Of a DNA stretch of 64,000 nucleotides, positions 10,074-23,284 are shown piece after piece. The stretch spans positions 608,001-672,000 of the forward strand of contig CAVZVA010000010.1 of assembly GCA_963778655.1 (NCBI GenBank). The letters run 5' to 3'. Every line of letters starts with the position of its first letter. Position 1 is the stretch's first letter. Position numbers and translations under genes: made by a program. The notes under the pieces are model-generated. The model saw only the letters and a program-made list of their open reading frames with translations. It had not been told where the DNA came from and ran no database searches. Source of the DNA: an uncultured delta proteobacterium. GTDB lineage: Bacteria > Myxococcota_A > Polyangia > Polyangiales > JAFGIB01.

Positions 10074-11584
10074 GCGGCGGGCTCCGCGAAGCGCGCGCGC
10101 AGTGCGGCGGCGAGCGGGGCGATGGTCGGCTGCCACGGCTCCGCCGGCACTTCCCCCGTCTGCAGACGCGCGCACAGCTCGGGCTGCTCGTGGCGCGCAG
10201 CCTCGAGCAGCGCCGCCATGAACGCGCGCGCGCGTTCGGGCGGCAGCTGCGAAAGCCAGTCCTGGCCCACCGCCGTCAGCGTTAGCACCTGCTCGAGCAG
10301 CCCGCGCCGCGCGAAGCGCGGCTGGCGCAGCAGCTCGCGCAGCAAGCGCCCGCGCCGCAGCGAGGTTTCCATCGCGACGTCCATCTCCAGGCCCACGCGC
10401 GTCAGCGCCTCCAGCGATTCGAAGCGCGCGATCTCGATGCGCAGGCGCCTGGCAGCCTTTCGCAGCAGCGGCCGCTGCACCACGGTGCCGATGCGGGACA
10501 CGCTGCGGCCGACGTCGATCGCGGGGCGCTGGTCGCGCTCGAAGCGCGCGGCGTCGAGGTAGATCTGGCCGTCCGTGATCGAGATCAGGTTGGTGGGGAT
10601 GTACGAGGAGATGTCTCCGTCCGTGGTCTCGACCAGCGGCAGCGCGGTCACCGAGCCGCCGCCGGCCTCGGGACGGCGCGCGGCCGCGCGCTCCAGCAGC
10701 TCGCCGTGAATGTAGAAGATGTCGCCCGGATAGGCCTCGCGACCCGGCGGGCGGTCCAGCAGCAGCGCCAGCTCACGGTAGGCGTCGGCATGCTTGGTGA
10801 GGTCGTCGTAGACCACCAGCGCGTCGCGGCCCTGGTCGCGGAAGTGCTCGGCGAGCGAGGCCCCGGCGTTGGGCGCGAGATAGCGCAGCCCGGGCGAAGC
10901 GGAGGCGTCCGCGGCCACGATCGCGGTGTTGTCGAGGCAACCTTGGCGCCGCAGCGCCTCGCGCAGCGACAGCACGCGCGACATCGGCTGGCCGATCACC
11001 ACGTACACGCAGGCCACGTCGCCGCGCTGCTGGGCGCTCACGATGTCGATCGCCAGTGCGGTCTTGCCCACGTTGCGATCGCCGACGATCAGCTCGCGTT
11101 GGCCGCGGCCGATCGGGATCGCGGCGTCGATCGCCATCACGCCCGTCCACAGCGCGCGTTCGACCGACTCGCGCTCGACGATCTCCGGCGCGGGCCGAAA
11201 CAGCGGCAGTCGCGGGCCGGGCGGCAGCGTCGGACCGTCATCGAGCACGTTGCCGAGCGGATCGAGCACGCGTCCCAGCGCCTCTACGCCGGCGGCCATG
11301 TCGGGGGCGTGCCCCAGGCCGCGTGCTCCATCGCCTTCGCCCACGCGCTCGGCGCCGAGCAGCAGAATCGCGCCGATTGTCCCCGGCGCGAGGTCATAGG
11401 CCATGCCGAGCGCACCCGAGTCGAACGCGAGCAGCTCCTCGTAGCCGATCTCGGGCAGCCCACCGAGCCGCGCGACGCCGTCGCCAACGCTGCGGACGAT
11501 GCCACGCGGCTGCAGCGCGCGCTCCAGCTGCAGCGCGCCGCCGCTGTCGCGCAGGCGTTCGGCCAGGGCGCGCACGTCAGGCAT
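10070..11584 (-). CDS. atpA: N-ATPase F1 alpha subunit
   Basis: VGDGVA, PIGRGQRELIVGDRNVGKT, PPGREAYPGD, PTNLISITDGQI, SVSRIG. Confidence 0.95.
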   Translation of the reverse strand: MPDVRALAERLRDSGGALQLERALQPRGIVRSVGDGVARLGGLPEIGYEELLAFDSGALGMAYDLAPGTIGAILLLGAERVGEGDGARGLGHAPDMAAGVEALGRVLDPLGNVLDDGPTLPPGPRLPLFRPAPEIVERESVERALWTGVMAIDAAIPIGRGQRELIVGDRNVGKTALAIDIVSAQQRGDVACVYVVIGQPMSRVLSLREALRRQGCLDNTAIVAADASASPGLRYLAPNAGASLAEHFRDQGRDALVVYDDLTKHADAYRELALLLDRPPGREAYPGDIFYIHGELLERAAARRPEAGGGSVTALPLVETTDGDISSYIPTNLISITDGQIYLDAARFERDQRPAIDVGRSVSRIGTVVQRPLLRKAARRLRIEIARFESLEALTRVGLEMDVAMETSLRRGRLLRELLRQPRFARRGLLEQVLTLTAVGQDWLSQLPPERARAFMAALLEAARHEQPELCARLQTGEVPAEPWQPTIAPLAAALRARFAEPAA

Positions 11585-12320
11585 CGCCCGGGCTCTCCTG
11601 GCCGTCCGCGTGCAGCGCGGCCCGCAGGCTCAGCGCCGCGTAGCGCGCAAGGCCGAGCGCCGAGGCGTCGATCAGGCCCGCGGCGGTGCCGATGCGGATG
11701 CCGGACAGCAAGGCCGGGTCGACGCGCAGCTCGGTGCGCGGCAGCACCTCGCCGAGCGCGGCGGCGAGCGCCGCGCGCTGCGCCTCCGACAGCGGGGTCG
11801 CACTGCTGATGGCAATCGGCTCCAGCGGCGCGCCATCGCCGAGCGCGCGCAGCTCGCGGCAGGCGGCCGCGGTCAACGCCAACTCGAGGTCGGGGCCGGC
11901 GATCTGCTGCAACAGCGCGCGCACTGCTTCGCTCGCGGCGGTGGCGGCGGCAGCCGAGAGCTCGGCGAGCTGGCTCTGCCCGAGCCGGGTCGCCTCCTGC
12001 AGCAACGCCGCGCGCTCGGCCTCGCCGCGGCGACGCGCCTCGTTCAGGATGCTTTCGCGCTCCTGCTTGGCCAGCTCGCGCTCGTGGCTGCGCATCTGCT
12101 CCAGCTCGCCGGCGAGCGCGCGCCGCGCAGCCTCGGCCTGCTCGCGCGACTGCTTCGCCTCGGCCAGCGCTGCGGCCGCATCCGCCAGCTGTTTGCGCGT
12201 GCGCTCGCGTTGCGCCTGCAAGGCCGCGCGCACGGGCTTGAAGAACAACCAACCGAGCGCCGCGGCCAGCGCGACGAAGTTGGCGGTCTCGAACAGGAAG
12301 GTGGTGAGGCTGGGCGACAC
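11577..12320 (-). CDS. atpF: N-ATPase F0 b subunit with delta-like C-terminal extension
   Basis: N-terminal TM (FETANFVAL...FFKPV), coiled coil, C-terminal VDPALLSGIRI. Confidence 0.85.
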   Translation of the reverse strand: MSPSLTTFLFETANFVALAAALGWLFFKPVRAALQAQRERTRKQLADAAAALAEAKQSREQAEAARRALAGELEQMRSHERELAKQERESILNEARRRGEAERAALLQEATRLGQSQLAELSAAAATAASEAVRALLQQIAGPDLELALTAAACRELRALGDGAPLEPIAISSATPLSEAQRAALAAALGEVLPRTELRVDPALLSGIRIGTAAGLIDASALGLARYAALSLRAALHADGQESPGDA

Positions 12321-12328
12321 GGTGCGCG

Positions 12329-12595
12329 TCAGCCCGCGGCCACCGCCGCAAACGGATTGGCGAACAACAAGATCAGCGCCACCACCAGACAGAAGATCGC
12401 GGTGGATTCGACCATGGCGAGATTGACGAACAGCGTACGCGTGATCGAGGGCGCTTCGTCCGGCTGGCGCGCCAGCGCGTCCATAGCGGCGGCACCCACC
12501 CGGCTTTCGCCCAGCGCCGCGCCGAAGGCGCCGATCGCCATGGTCAGCGCGGCGGCCGCGATCGACACGCTCGCGATCAAGGCCTGGCTCGTCAT
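12329..12595 (-). CDS. atpE: N-ATPase F0 c subunit
   Basis: Two TM helices, ARQP loop, GE in helix 1, MVESTAIF. Confidence 0.95.
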   Translation of the reverse strand: MTSQALIASVSIAAAALTMAIGAFGAALGESRVGAAAMDALARQPDEAPSITRTLFVNLAMVESTAIFCLVVALILLFANPFAAVAAG

Positions 12596-12617
12596 GGTTG
12601 GTCCTCGCTCGTGACTC

Positions 12618-13292
12618 TCATGCTTCCTCCACGACGCCCAGCGCGGCGCCGACGTAGACCGTGGCCAGCACGGTGAAGATGTAGGCCTGAAGCAGCCCGA
12701 TCAACAGATCGAGCGCCATGAAGGGCATCGGGACCAGGAAGCCGGCGAGCGCGACCAGCAGCGCGACCACCAGGTGTCCCGACATGATGTTGCCGAACAG
12801 ACGCACCGACAGCGCGAGCGTGCGCGAGAGCTCGGCGATGAGGTGCAGCGGAAACAGCAAAGGATTGGGCTCGAAGTAGTGGCGCAGGTAGCCCCACGGC
12901 CCCTGGCGCGCGATACCCATCGTGGGTACCGCGAAGAACACCAACACCGCCAGCGCCGAAGTGGTGCTGAGGCTGGCGGTGGCGGGGTGCACGCCGGGCA
13001 GCTGGCCCGAGAGGTTGCTCGCGGCGATGAACAGAAAGAGGCTCCCGGCCAAGGTGCAGAGCCGGGGCTCGGGCCGGCCGACGATGTCGCTGACGGTCTG
13101 GTCGAGCCACCGCACGGTAAGGCGCGCGAGCGCCGCCAGCGTGGAGTCGGGCCGGCGCGTGACCAGCGAGCCGAGCAGCGCGCCCAGCAGCAGTAACAGC
13201 AGGCTCACCGCGAGCGAGCTGAGCATGGTCTCGGTGAGCGGCAGCCCGCCGAGCTGCCCGACCACCGGATCGCCAAAGATACGAGGCTTCAT
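12618..13292 (-). CDS. atpB: N-ATPase F0 a subunit
   Basis: SRTLALSVRLFGNI, LLQAYIFTVLATVY. Confidence 0.93.
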   Translation of the reverse strand: MKPRIFGDPVVGQLGGLPLTETMLSSLAVSLLLLLLGALLGSLVTRRPDSTLAALARLTVRWLDQTVSDIVGRPEPRLCTLAGSLFLFIAASNLSGQLPGVHPATASLSTTSALAVLVFFAVPTMGIARQGPWGYLRHYFEPNPLLFPLHLIAELSRTLALSVRLFGNIMSGHLVVALLVALAGFLVPMPFMALDLLIGLLQAYIFTVLATVYVGAALGVVEEA

Positions 13293-13579
13293 CGCGAGCT
13301 CCCGTGGCGATCAGGCGTGATGGAGGTCGCTTTGCTCCCGTTGCGGCGCAAGGTCGTCACGACGCCGGCAACTAGGCCGAGCGCCCAGCCGAGCGCGGCG
13401 GGCAGCAGGTGGCCGGCGATGGCGGCTGCGGCCAGCACCAGGCCGACGCCCAGCACGCGCGCCACGGCGAGCGCGGCCAGCCACGGCTGCGGCCTGTGCG
13501 CGCTGTGCCAGGTCAGCGCGGCCTGGGCTGCGCCCGCCGCGATGCCGGCGCACACCCACGCGAGCAGCGCAGCGCTCAT
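13289..13579 (-). CDS. atpR: N-ATPase AtpR-like membrane subunit
   Basis: 96-aa hydrophobic protein in the AtpR slot of atpDCQRBEFAG, with 4-nt overlaps on both sides. Confidence 0.6.
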   Translation of the reverse strand: MSAALLAWVCAGIAAGAAQAALTWHSAHRPQPWLAALAVARVLGVGLVLAAAAIAGHLLPAALGWALGLVAGVVTTLRRNGSKATSITPDRHGSSR

Positions 13580-13860
13580 GGCTTGCGCTCCCGCAGCGTG
13601 GACCAGGCCACGTAGCTGCCGAGCGCGGTGCCGGCGGTTAGCAGCATCAGCGTGAAGTGCAGTCCGCTGTCGAAGCGCCGGTCCAGCCAGCGGCCGAGCA
13701 GCGCGCCGCCGACCGAGCCGAGCGCGATCGGCCAGCCCACCATCCCGATCACCGAGAGCGCGCGAAAGAAGCTGCGGTGGCCCGGCTCGCGCCGCGCGCG
13801 CCGCGCGAGGTCGCGCTGCAGCGAGCGGCGCAGATCGCCGCGCTCGTGCTCCGCGCTCAT
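13576..13860 (-). CDS. atpQ: N-ATPase AtpQ (AtpZ/AtpI family)
   Basis: IGMVGWPIA, GALLGRWLD, two TM helices; GAGGAG RBS. Confidence 0.85.
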   Translation of the reverse strand: MSAEHERGDLRRSLQRDLARRARREPGHRSFFRALSVIGMVGWPIALGSVGGALLGRWLDRRFDSGLHFTLMLLTAGTALGSYVAWSTLRERKP

Positions 13861-13876
13861 GCTTGCTCCTCGCTGC

Positions 13877-17172
<3,296 letters not shown>

Positions 17173-17176
<4 letters not shown>

Positions 17177-18849
17177 CTCGCACCCGCCGTTGTTGCTGCC
17201 GTCGCGGCGGCCTTCAACGTCAGCACGAAGCTCGCACCGCGCGGCGTCCGTTCGAGCTGCAGATCACCGCCGTGCGCGCGCGCCACCTTGCGCGCGAGCG
17301 CCAGCCCGATGCCGACTCCACTCGGCTTCGAGGTCACGAACGGCTCGAACAGCGTACGCGAGACCTCGGCCGATATGCCCGGCCCGTTGTCTCGCACGCG
17401 CACCCGGCGCACGTCCCCGTCGCGCTCGACCGCCACGGTCAGGCACGGCGGCTCGGCCGGGCTTTGCATGGTCGAGAGCGCGTCCAGGGAATTGGCGATC
17501 AGGTTCGAGATCGCGATCCGGACCAGCGTGGCGTCGACCTCGACCGGGTCGCGGGTGTCGTTGCCGCACACCTCCACCCGCACCCCGAGCTCGTCGGCCA
17601 GGTCGCGGGTGAGGTGGAGCGCGTTGGACACGATTTCGGAGAGGTCGGCGGGCGCGGGACGCGGCGCCGGATCTTTGGCAAACAGCATGAGCTGGTGGGT
17701 GAAGCTGCTCAAGCGCTCGATCTCCGCGCGCAGCTCGTTCACCACGCGCTCATGGCGCGCATCCTTGCCGTGTTTGGGGTCGAGCACCAGGTCGAACCCG
17801 ACGCGTAGGCCGTTGAGGGAGTTGCGTACCTCGTGCGCGATCAGGTTCGAGGCCTCGCCCAGCCGGCGCAGCCGATCCTCGCGCACCGCCGCCTCCTCGG
17901 AGCGACGGAACGCCAGCAAGGAGCGCCGGAATAGATACAGCAGCCCGATCAGGGGCGAAACCGCCAGCACGAACCCGACCAACAGGCGCGTGCGCAGCCG
18001 CAGCCACGCCGGCTCGAACAGCGCCGCGCGGCCGGCGACCGTGAGCAGGGTGAAACCGGCCAGACCGAGCGGTGCCATCGCGACGACGGTCGGCCGGCTC
18101 GACAACATGGTCTCCTTGATCGGCTCTGCCAGCGGCGTGCGGGGGAACAGCGACTTCCACTCCGTGCTGCCGGCGTACGCTGGCGGCCGCGCCGGGTAAA
18201 TCACGCTGCCTCGGCTGGTCGCCAGCACAGTCTGCCCGATGTGAGGAGCGTCGCGACTCTCGATCGGCCGGCCGCTCGCGAGGTCGACGCCTCCGACCAG
18301 CGCGCCGGTGAACACGCCGCCTCGTACGATCGGCGATAGCACGTACACGATCGCGGTCTTGTCCTCGGGATCGACCGCGACGATGTTCACCCGCGGCTGC
18401 ACGCGGATGTCGCCGAACCAGGCGGTGTGGCCGAGGCTGTGCGTGGTGCCGAGGAAGTCGCGAGGCTGAGCCCAGAGCACGGCGCCGCTCGCGTCGACCA
18501 CGGCGACGCCGAGGTCGAAGAAGGCGCTGTCCTCGTGCTCCAGCGCGAGCAGGCTGCGCTCCGGATCGAGGTTGTGGTCGAGCAGGTTCACCTCCGAGCG
18601 CAGGCCCAACCGATGCAGCTCCTCGGATAGCAGACGCAGGTGGTGGGCGAAGTAGCGCGCGCGCGCTTGCGTCTCGAGCAGCAGGCGCTGCTCGGAGCGC
18701 TCCTCGTCGTAGCGGCGGTCGGCAACCAGCCCCGCCACCAGCACCGTGATGGAGACAGTGGTCGCGCCGATATACAGCCACAGCACCGCACGCGCAAAGC
18801 GCTGGTGGGCGGCGGCGAGCGCGCCTGTGGTGGCAGTGTTGAGCTCCAA
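17173..18849 (-). CDS. Membrane sensor histidine kinase with periplasmic (Cache-like) domain
   Basis: Two TM segments; AHEVRNSLN H-box, NLIAN, DNGPG, LFEPF, GVGIGL; start codon uncertain. Confidence 0.88.
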
Positions 18850-18900
18850 CGTCGCTAGCTTAGCTCATCGGCGCAGGCGGCGGCGCGACGTCGGGGCGTC

Positions 18901-21900
18901 TCACCGCGCCGCCCCCAACACCCTGAGACCCGCCGCGCGCCGGGCTGCGATCGCGCGCTTCAGCCGCAGGGAGTAATAGTAGCTGACCGGCAGCACGATC
19001 AGCGTCAGCGCCGCGGCGGTGATCGTCCCTCCCACCACCACGACCGCGATCGGCCGCTGCGTTTCGCTGCCGATGGCGTGCGACATCGCCGCCGGCAGCA
19101 GCCCGAGGGATGCGAGCAGCGCGGTCATCAGAATCGCGCGCAGGCGGTCGCTGGCGCCGCCCATGGTCGCGGCATAGTCGCTCTCGCCGCGCTCGAGCCG
19201 GCTGTTGATGGCAGCGACGACGAGCACGCCGTTGAGCACCGCCTGACCGAGCAGGGCGATGAAGCCGACCGCCGCCGACACCGAAAGCGTCATTCCCGCC
19301 ACCGCAAGGCCGAGCACGCCCCCGATCAGCGCGAAGGGCGTGTTCAGCAGAATGAGCAACGCAGTCCACACGCTCTCGAATGCCGAGAACAACAGGAAGA
19401 ACGTGATCAGCAGGGCCAGCGGTATCACCACGCGCAGCCGCGCCATCGCGCGCTGCTGGTTCTCGAACTCGCCTCCCCAGGTCAACTGGTAGCCGGCGGG
19501 CAGTTTCAGCGCCGCGTCGACCTTCTTCTGCGCTTCGGCCACGAAGGAGCCCATGTCACGGTTGCGAACGTTCATGCGTACGCCGATGTAGCGGTGCCCG
19601 TTCTCGCGCGTGATGGCCGCGCGTCCGGTCGCCATGCGCACGTCGGCCACGGCCGACAGCGGGATCACCTGTCCGTCCTTGAGCGGCAGGCGCACCTCGC
19701 GGATCGCCGGCACGTCCTGGCGCGTCACCCGCGGCAGGCGCACGGTGACGTCGAAACGCTTCTCGCCATCCCACAGCTCGCTCGCCACATGGCCGCCCAT
19801 GGCGGTTTCGATGTAGTCCTGCACGTCCGCGAGGTCGAGGTCGAAGCGCGCGAGCGCGTCGCGATCGAGCTTGACCGCCACCTGTGGTGACTCGCCCGAC
19901 TTGACGATGCCGAGGTCTGCCACGCCGGGCACGTCGGCGATCGCGTCCTTGGCCTTCTCGGCAGCCTGCTGGAGCACGTCGAGGTCGTCGCCGTAGATCT
20001 TGAGCGCGATCTGGCCAAATTGCCCCGAGATGTTCTCGGCCACGTTGTCGCGGATCGGCTGCGAGAAGTTGTACTCGAGCCCGGGGATCTCGCCGAGGTT
20101 GCTCGCCATTTCCGAGACCAGCGAGTTCAGTGTGCGCTTGTTCGGCCGCCACCGATCCGGCGGCTTGAGCTTGACGAAGATCTCGAGATTGTTCGGCAGC
20201 GTGGCGTCTGTGCCATCCTCCGGGCGCCCGAGCTGCGACATCAACGACACCACCTCCGGCGTGCGCCGCAGCAGCTTCTCGATGCGCGGCGTGAGCCTGC
20301 GACCCTCGGTGGGGCTGGTGGTGTCGGGCAAGGTGAAGGTCACGTACAGCGCGCCCTCGTTGAGCTCCGGCAAGAACTCGGAGCCGAGCCGCGGGAGCAG
20401 CACGAACGACGCGATTAGCGCGCCGAGCGCCAGGATCGCCAGCATCGCGGGCCGCGCCATGGCATACGCGAGCGACGGTGCATACGCCTTGCGCGACCAT
20501 GCCAGCAGGGGTGACTCGCGCAGGGGCTTCTGCCTGCGTAGCGCGGTCATCGCCAGCACCGGGACCACGGTGAAGCTGACAAGCAGCGCACCGATCAACG
20601 CGCTGACCACGGTGTTGGCCATGGGCGAGAAGATGCGGCCCTCGACGCGCTGCATGGAGAAGATCGGGATGTAGGCGGCGATGATGATCAAGAGTGAAAA
20701 CAGCGTCGGGCGCGCCACTTCGCCAGCGGCACGCAGGATGCTGTCCTTCAGCGACTGCGTGTCGTGGGGTCCGTCTTCGGGCACGCGGTGGAACAGGTGC
20801 TCGACCAGGATCACCGCGCCATCGACGATGATGCCGAAGTCGATCGCGCCCATGGACAACAGGTTTGCGCTCATGCCGCGCATGTGCAGGTACGCGAACG
20901 ACGCCGCAAGCGACAACGGGATCACCGTGGCTACGATCAGCGACGCGCGCAGGCTGAGCGTGAACGCGAACAGCACCAGGGTGACCAGGATCGCGCCCTC
21001 GGCCAGGTTGTGGAACACCGTGTGCAGCGTGGTGTTCACCAGATCGGTGCGATCGTAGAACGGGTTGACCTTGATTCCGTCCGGCAGGATGCGCGTGTTC
21101 AGCTCCTTGAGGCGGTCGCGCAGCCCGGCCAGCACCACGGACGGATTCTCGCCGCGCCGCATCAGCACGATGCCTTCGACGGCGTCCTGATTGTCGTCGC
21201 GCGTAACCACGCCCTGACGTGGCGCGTAGCCCTCGACCACCTGGGCCACGTCGCTGAGCAACACAGGGACGCCGTCGTGGTAGGCCACGCGCGTCTTCTT
21301 GATGTCGTCGATTCCGGTGAAGATGCCGAGGCTGCGGATCACGAACGCCTCGGCACCGCGCTCGACGTAGCCGCCGCTGGCGTTGCTGCTGGCTTTGCTC
21401 AGCGCTTGGAACACGTCGTCGAGCCCCACGCCCAAGCTCGCCATCGTTTCCGGCTGGGGCTCGACGTGGATCTCACGCACCAGCCCGCCGTAAGACACCA
21501 CGTCGGCGACGCCGGCCGCGCGCAAGATCTGCGGGCGAACCACCCAATCCTGCAGCGTGCGGAGCGTCATCGGGTCGGCGCCGGGACCGTCGAGCGTGTA
21601 GCGGTACACCTCTCCGATCGGCGTCGCCATCGGGCCGAGCTGGGGATCGATCCCCTGGGGCAGGTCGGCGTCGCGCAGGCGCTCGAGCACCAGCTGCCGC
21701 GCGGGTTGCATGTCCACCCCATCGTCGAAGGTAGCGGTGATGAAGGAGAGACCAAACAGCGAGATGCTACGCAGCCTGAACAGGTGCGGCGTGCCGTTGA
21801 GCACGCGCTCGAGCGGGATCGACACCCGGCGCTCGACCTCCTCCGTGGGCTGCCCCGGGAATAACGTGATCACCTGGACCTGGGTGTCGGTCGGGTCGGG

Positions 21901-22017
21901 GAACGCCTCAATCGTGAGGTCCTGGTAGGCGAACCAACCGACCGCCGCCAAGGTGACGGCGAACAGAATCGCCGCGAGCCGCGTGTTGAGCGAATGCCTC
22001 AGGAGTGCTTCGAGCAT
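18901..22017 (-). CDS. czcA: CzcA/CusA family heavy-metal efflux RND permease
   Basis: IEAFPDPT, TLQDWVVRP, ANLLSMGAIDFGIIVDGAVILVE (CzcA-type TM4), RLRAILMTAL, GSETQRP. Confidence 0.9.
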   Translation of the reverse strand: MLEALLRHSLNTRLAAILFAVTLAAVGWFAYQDLTIEAFPDPTDTQVQVITLFPGQPTEEVERRVSIPLERVLNGTPHLFRLRSISLFGLSFITATFDDGVDMQPARQLVLERLRDADLPQGIDPQLGPMATPIGEVYRYTLDGPGADPMTLRTLQDWVVRPQILRAAGVADVVSYGGLVREIHVEPQPETMASLGVGLDDVFQALSKASSNASGGYVERGAEAFVIRSLGIFTGIDDIKKTRVAYHDGVPVLLSDVAQVVEGYAPRQGVVTRDDNQDAVEGIVLMRRGENPSVVLAGLRDRLKELNTRILPDGIKVNPFYDRTDLVNTTLHTVFHNLAEGAILVTLVLFAFTLSLRASLIVATVIPLSLAASFAYLHMRGMSANLLSMGAIDFGIIVDGAVILVEHLFHRVPEDGPHDTQSLKDSILRAAGEVARPTLFSLLIIIAAYIPIFSMQRVEGRIFSPMANTVVSALIGALLVSFTVVPVLAMTALRRQKPLRESPLLAWSRKAYAPSLAYAMARPAMLAILALGALIASFVLLPRLGSEFLPELNEGALYVTFTLPDTTSPTEGRRLTPRIEKLLRRTPEVVSLMSQLGRPEDGTDATLPNNLEIFVKLKPPDRWRPNKRTLNSLVSEMASNLGEIPGLEYNFSQPIRDNVAENISGQFGQIALKIYGDDLDVLQQAAEKAKDAIADVPGVADLGIVKSGESPQVAVKLDRDALARFDLDLADVQDYIETAMGGHVASELWDGEKRFDVTVRLPRVTRQDVPAIREVRLPLKDGQVIPLSAVADVRMATGRAAITRENGHRYIGVRMNVRNRDMGSFVAEAQKKVDAALKLPAGYQLTWGGEFENQQRAMARLRVVIPLALLITFFLLFSAFESVWTALLILLNTPFALIGGVLGLAVAGMTLSVSAAVGFIALLGQAVLNGVLVVAAINSRLERGESDYAATMGGASDRLRAILMTALLASLGLLPAAMSHAIGSETQRPIAVVVVGGTITAAALTLIVLPVSYYYSLRLKRAIAARRAAGLRVLGAAR

Positions 22018-22030
22018 GGCGGCTGGGGCT

Positions 22031-23284
22031 CTACTGGTCGAGCGAGATCTGGTTGTCGAGCAAGGCGGCACCGGTTTCGGCCACCGTCTCGCCAGCCTTC
22101 AGGCCCGACAACAGGGTAACCTTGCCACCGTGCACCCGGCCGGCGACCACGTCGCGGCGGGAGAAGCTGCCGTCCTGCGCGCGCACGTAGACATATTGCT
22201 GCGCTCCGTCGGTCACCAGCGCGGTGGATTCCACCTCGACCACACCGGGCACGGGCTTGGTCAAAAACTGCATGCGCGCGTAGGTGTTCGGCTTCAGCTC
22301 GCCGCTGGGGTTGGTCAGCTGTACCCGGACCGGGATGGTGTGGCGCTCGGGATCGACGACCGCGCTGACGAGGTCCACCACGCCGCCGTACTGCTTGCCG
22401 GGGTTCGTCGCGACCTCGATGCGCGCCGCCGTGCCCTTGGTGATGGCGGCCGCGTTCGCCTCGAACAGCTCGGCGACCACCCATACCGAGGACAGGTCGG
22501 CGATCGTCATCAGGGCGCTGTTCGAGTCCGGGCTGATCTCCTGGCCGGGGAGCACGTCCTTGGCCACGACGTAGCCGGCGCGCGGCGACTTGACCACGAA
22601 TTCGTTACTCGAGCTCGACGACACCTTGAGCGCCGCCAGCTTCGAGCGCGCGGTGCCGTACGCCAGCTCGGCCTGGTGGAGCGTGAGGGCGGCTTCGATC
22701 TCCTCCTTGCCGGGCAGCGCGCGCGCGTCGACCATCGCCTTGATGCGGTCGTGCTGCGCACGCGAGGCGTCGAGAGAGGCCTTCGCGCTGTCGACCTCCT
22801 GGGTCAGGGCGGCCATGTCGGGGCTCGCGGTCGAGAACAGCGGGTCGCCCCGGTTGACTGACTGTCCGAGCTCGACAAAGACGCGGCCAACGCGGCCTTT
22901 GAGCGGTGCGCCGATGCGCGCGGCAGTGGTCTCGTCGACCTTCACGGATGCCGGCACCGCGTCCGTCCACTGCTCCGTGCTCGGTTCGGCCGTGCCCAAC
23001 TTCACCAGCTGCCACTGGGGCGCGCCCGGCGCGAGCGACACCGATTTGCCATGCACCTTCACGTCGGGGTTGTCCTGCGGTGGAGGCGGTGCAGGACGCT
23101 CGAAGCGCGACGCGGCCCAGATGAGCAGCGTGCTCGCGAGCGCGGCGGCCGCAGCGGTGATGATCCGGCTGCGGCGGGGCGGCATGATCGGTTCCGGCGC
23201 GACGCGGGCGGCGGATGAAAGCGGGCTGTGATCGAGGGACGACATATGGCTCACCCTTGGTTCATGGAGAGACGAGGCGTGCAT
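22031..23284 (-). CDS. czcB: RND efflux periplasmic adaptor (CzcB-like)
   Basis: N-terminal TM, GRVGRVFVELG, KSPRAG, ADLSSVWV, LKPNTY, LSGLKAGE. Confidence 0.85.
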   Translation of the reverse strand: MHASSLHEPRVSHMSSLDHSPLSSAARVAPEPIMPPRRSRIITAAAAALASTLLIWAASRFERPAPPPPQDNPDVKVHGKSVSLAPGAPQWQLVKLGTAEPSTEQWTDAVPASVKVDETTAARIGAPLKGRVGRVFVELGQSVNRGDPLFSTASPDMAALTQEVDSAKASLDASRAQHDRIKAMVDARALPGKEEIEAALTLHQAELAYGTARSKLAALKVSSSSSNEFVVKSPRAGYVVAKDVLPGQEISPDSNSALMTIADLSSVWVVAELFEANAAAITKGTAARIEVATNPGKQYGGVVDLVSAVVDPERHTIPVRVQLTNPSGELKPNTYARMQFLTKPVPGVVEVESTALVTDGAQQYVYVRAQDGSFSRRDVVAGRVHGGKVTLLSGLKAGETVAETGAALLDNQISLDQ

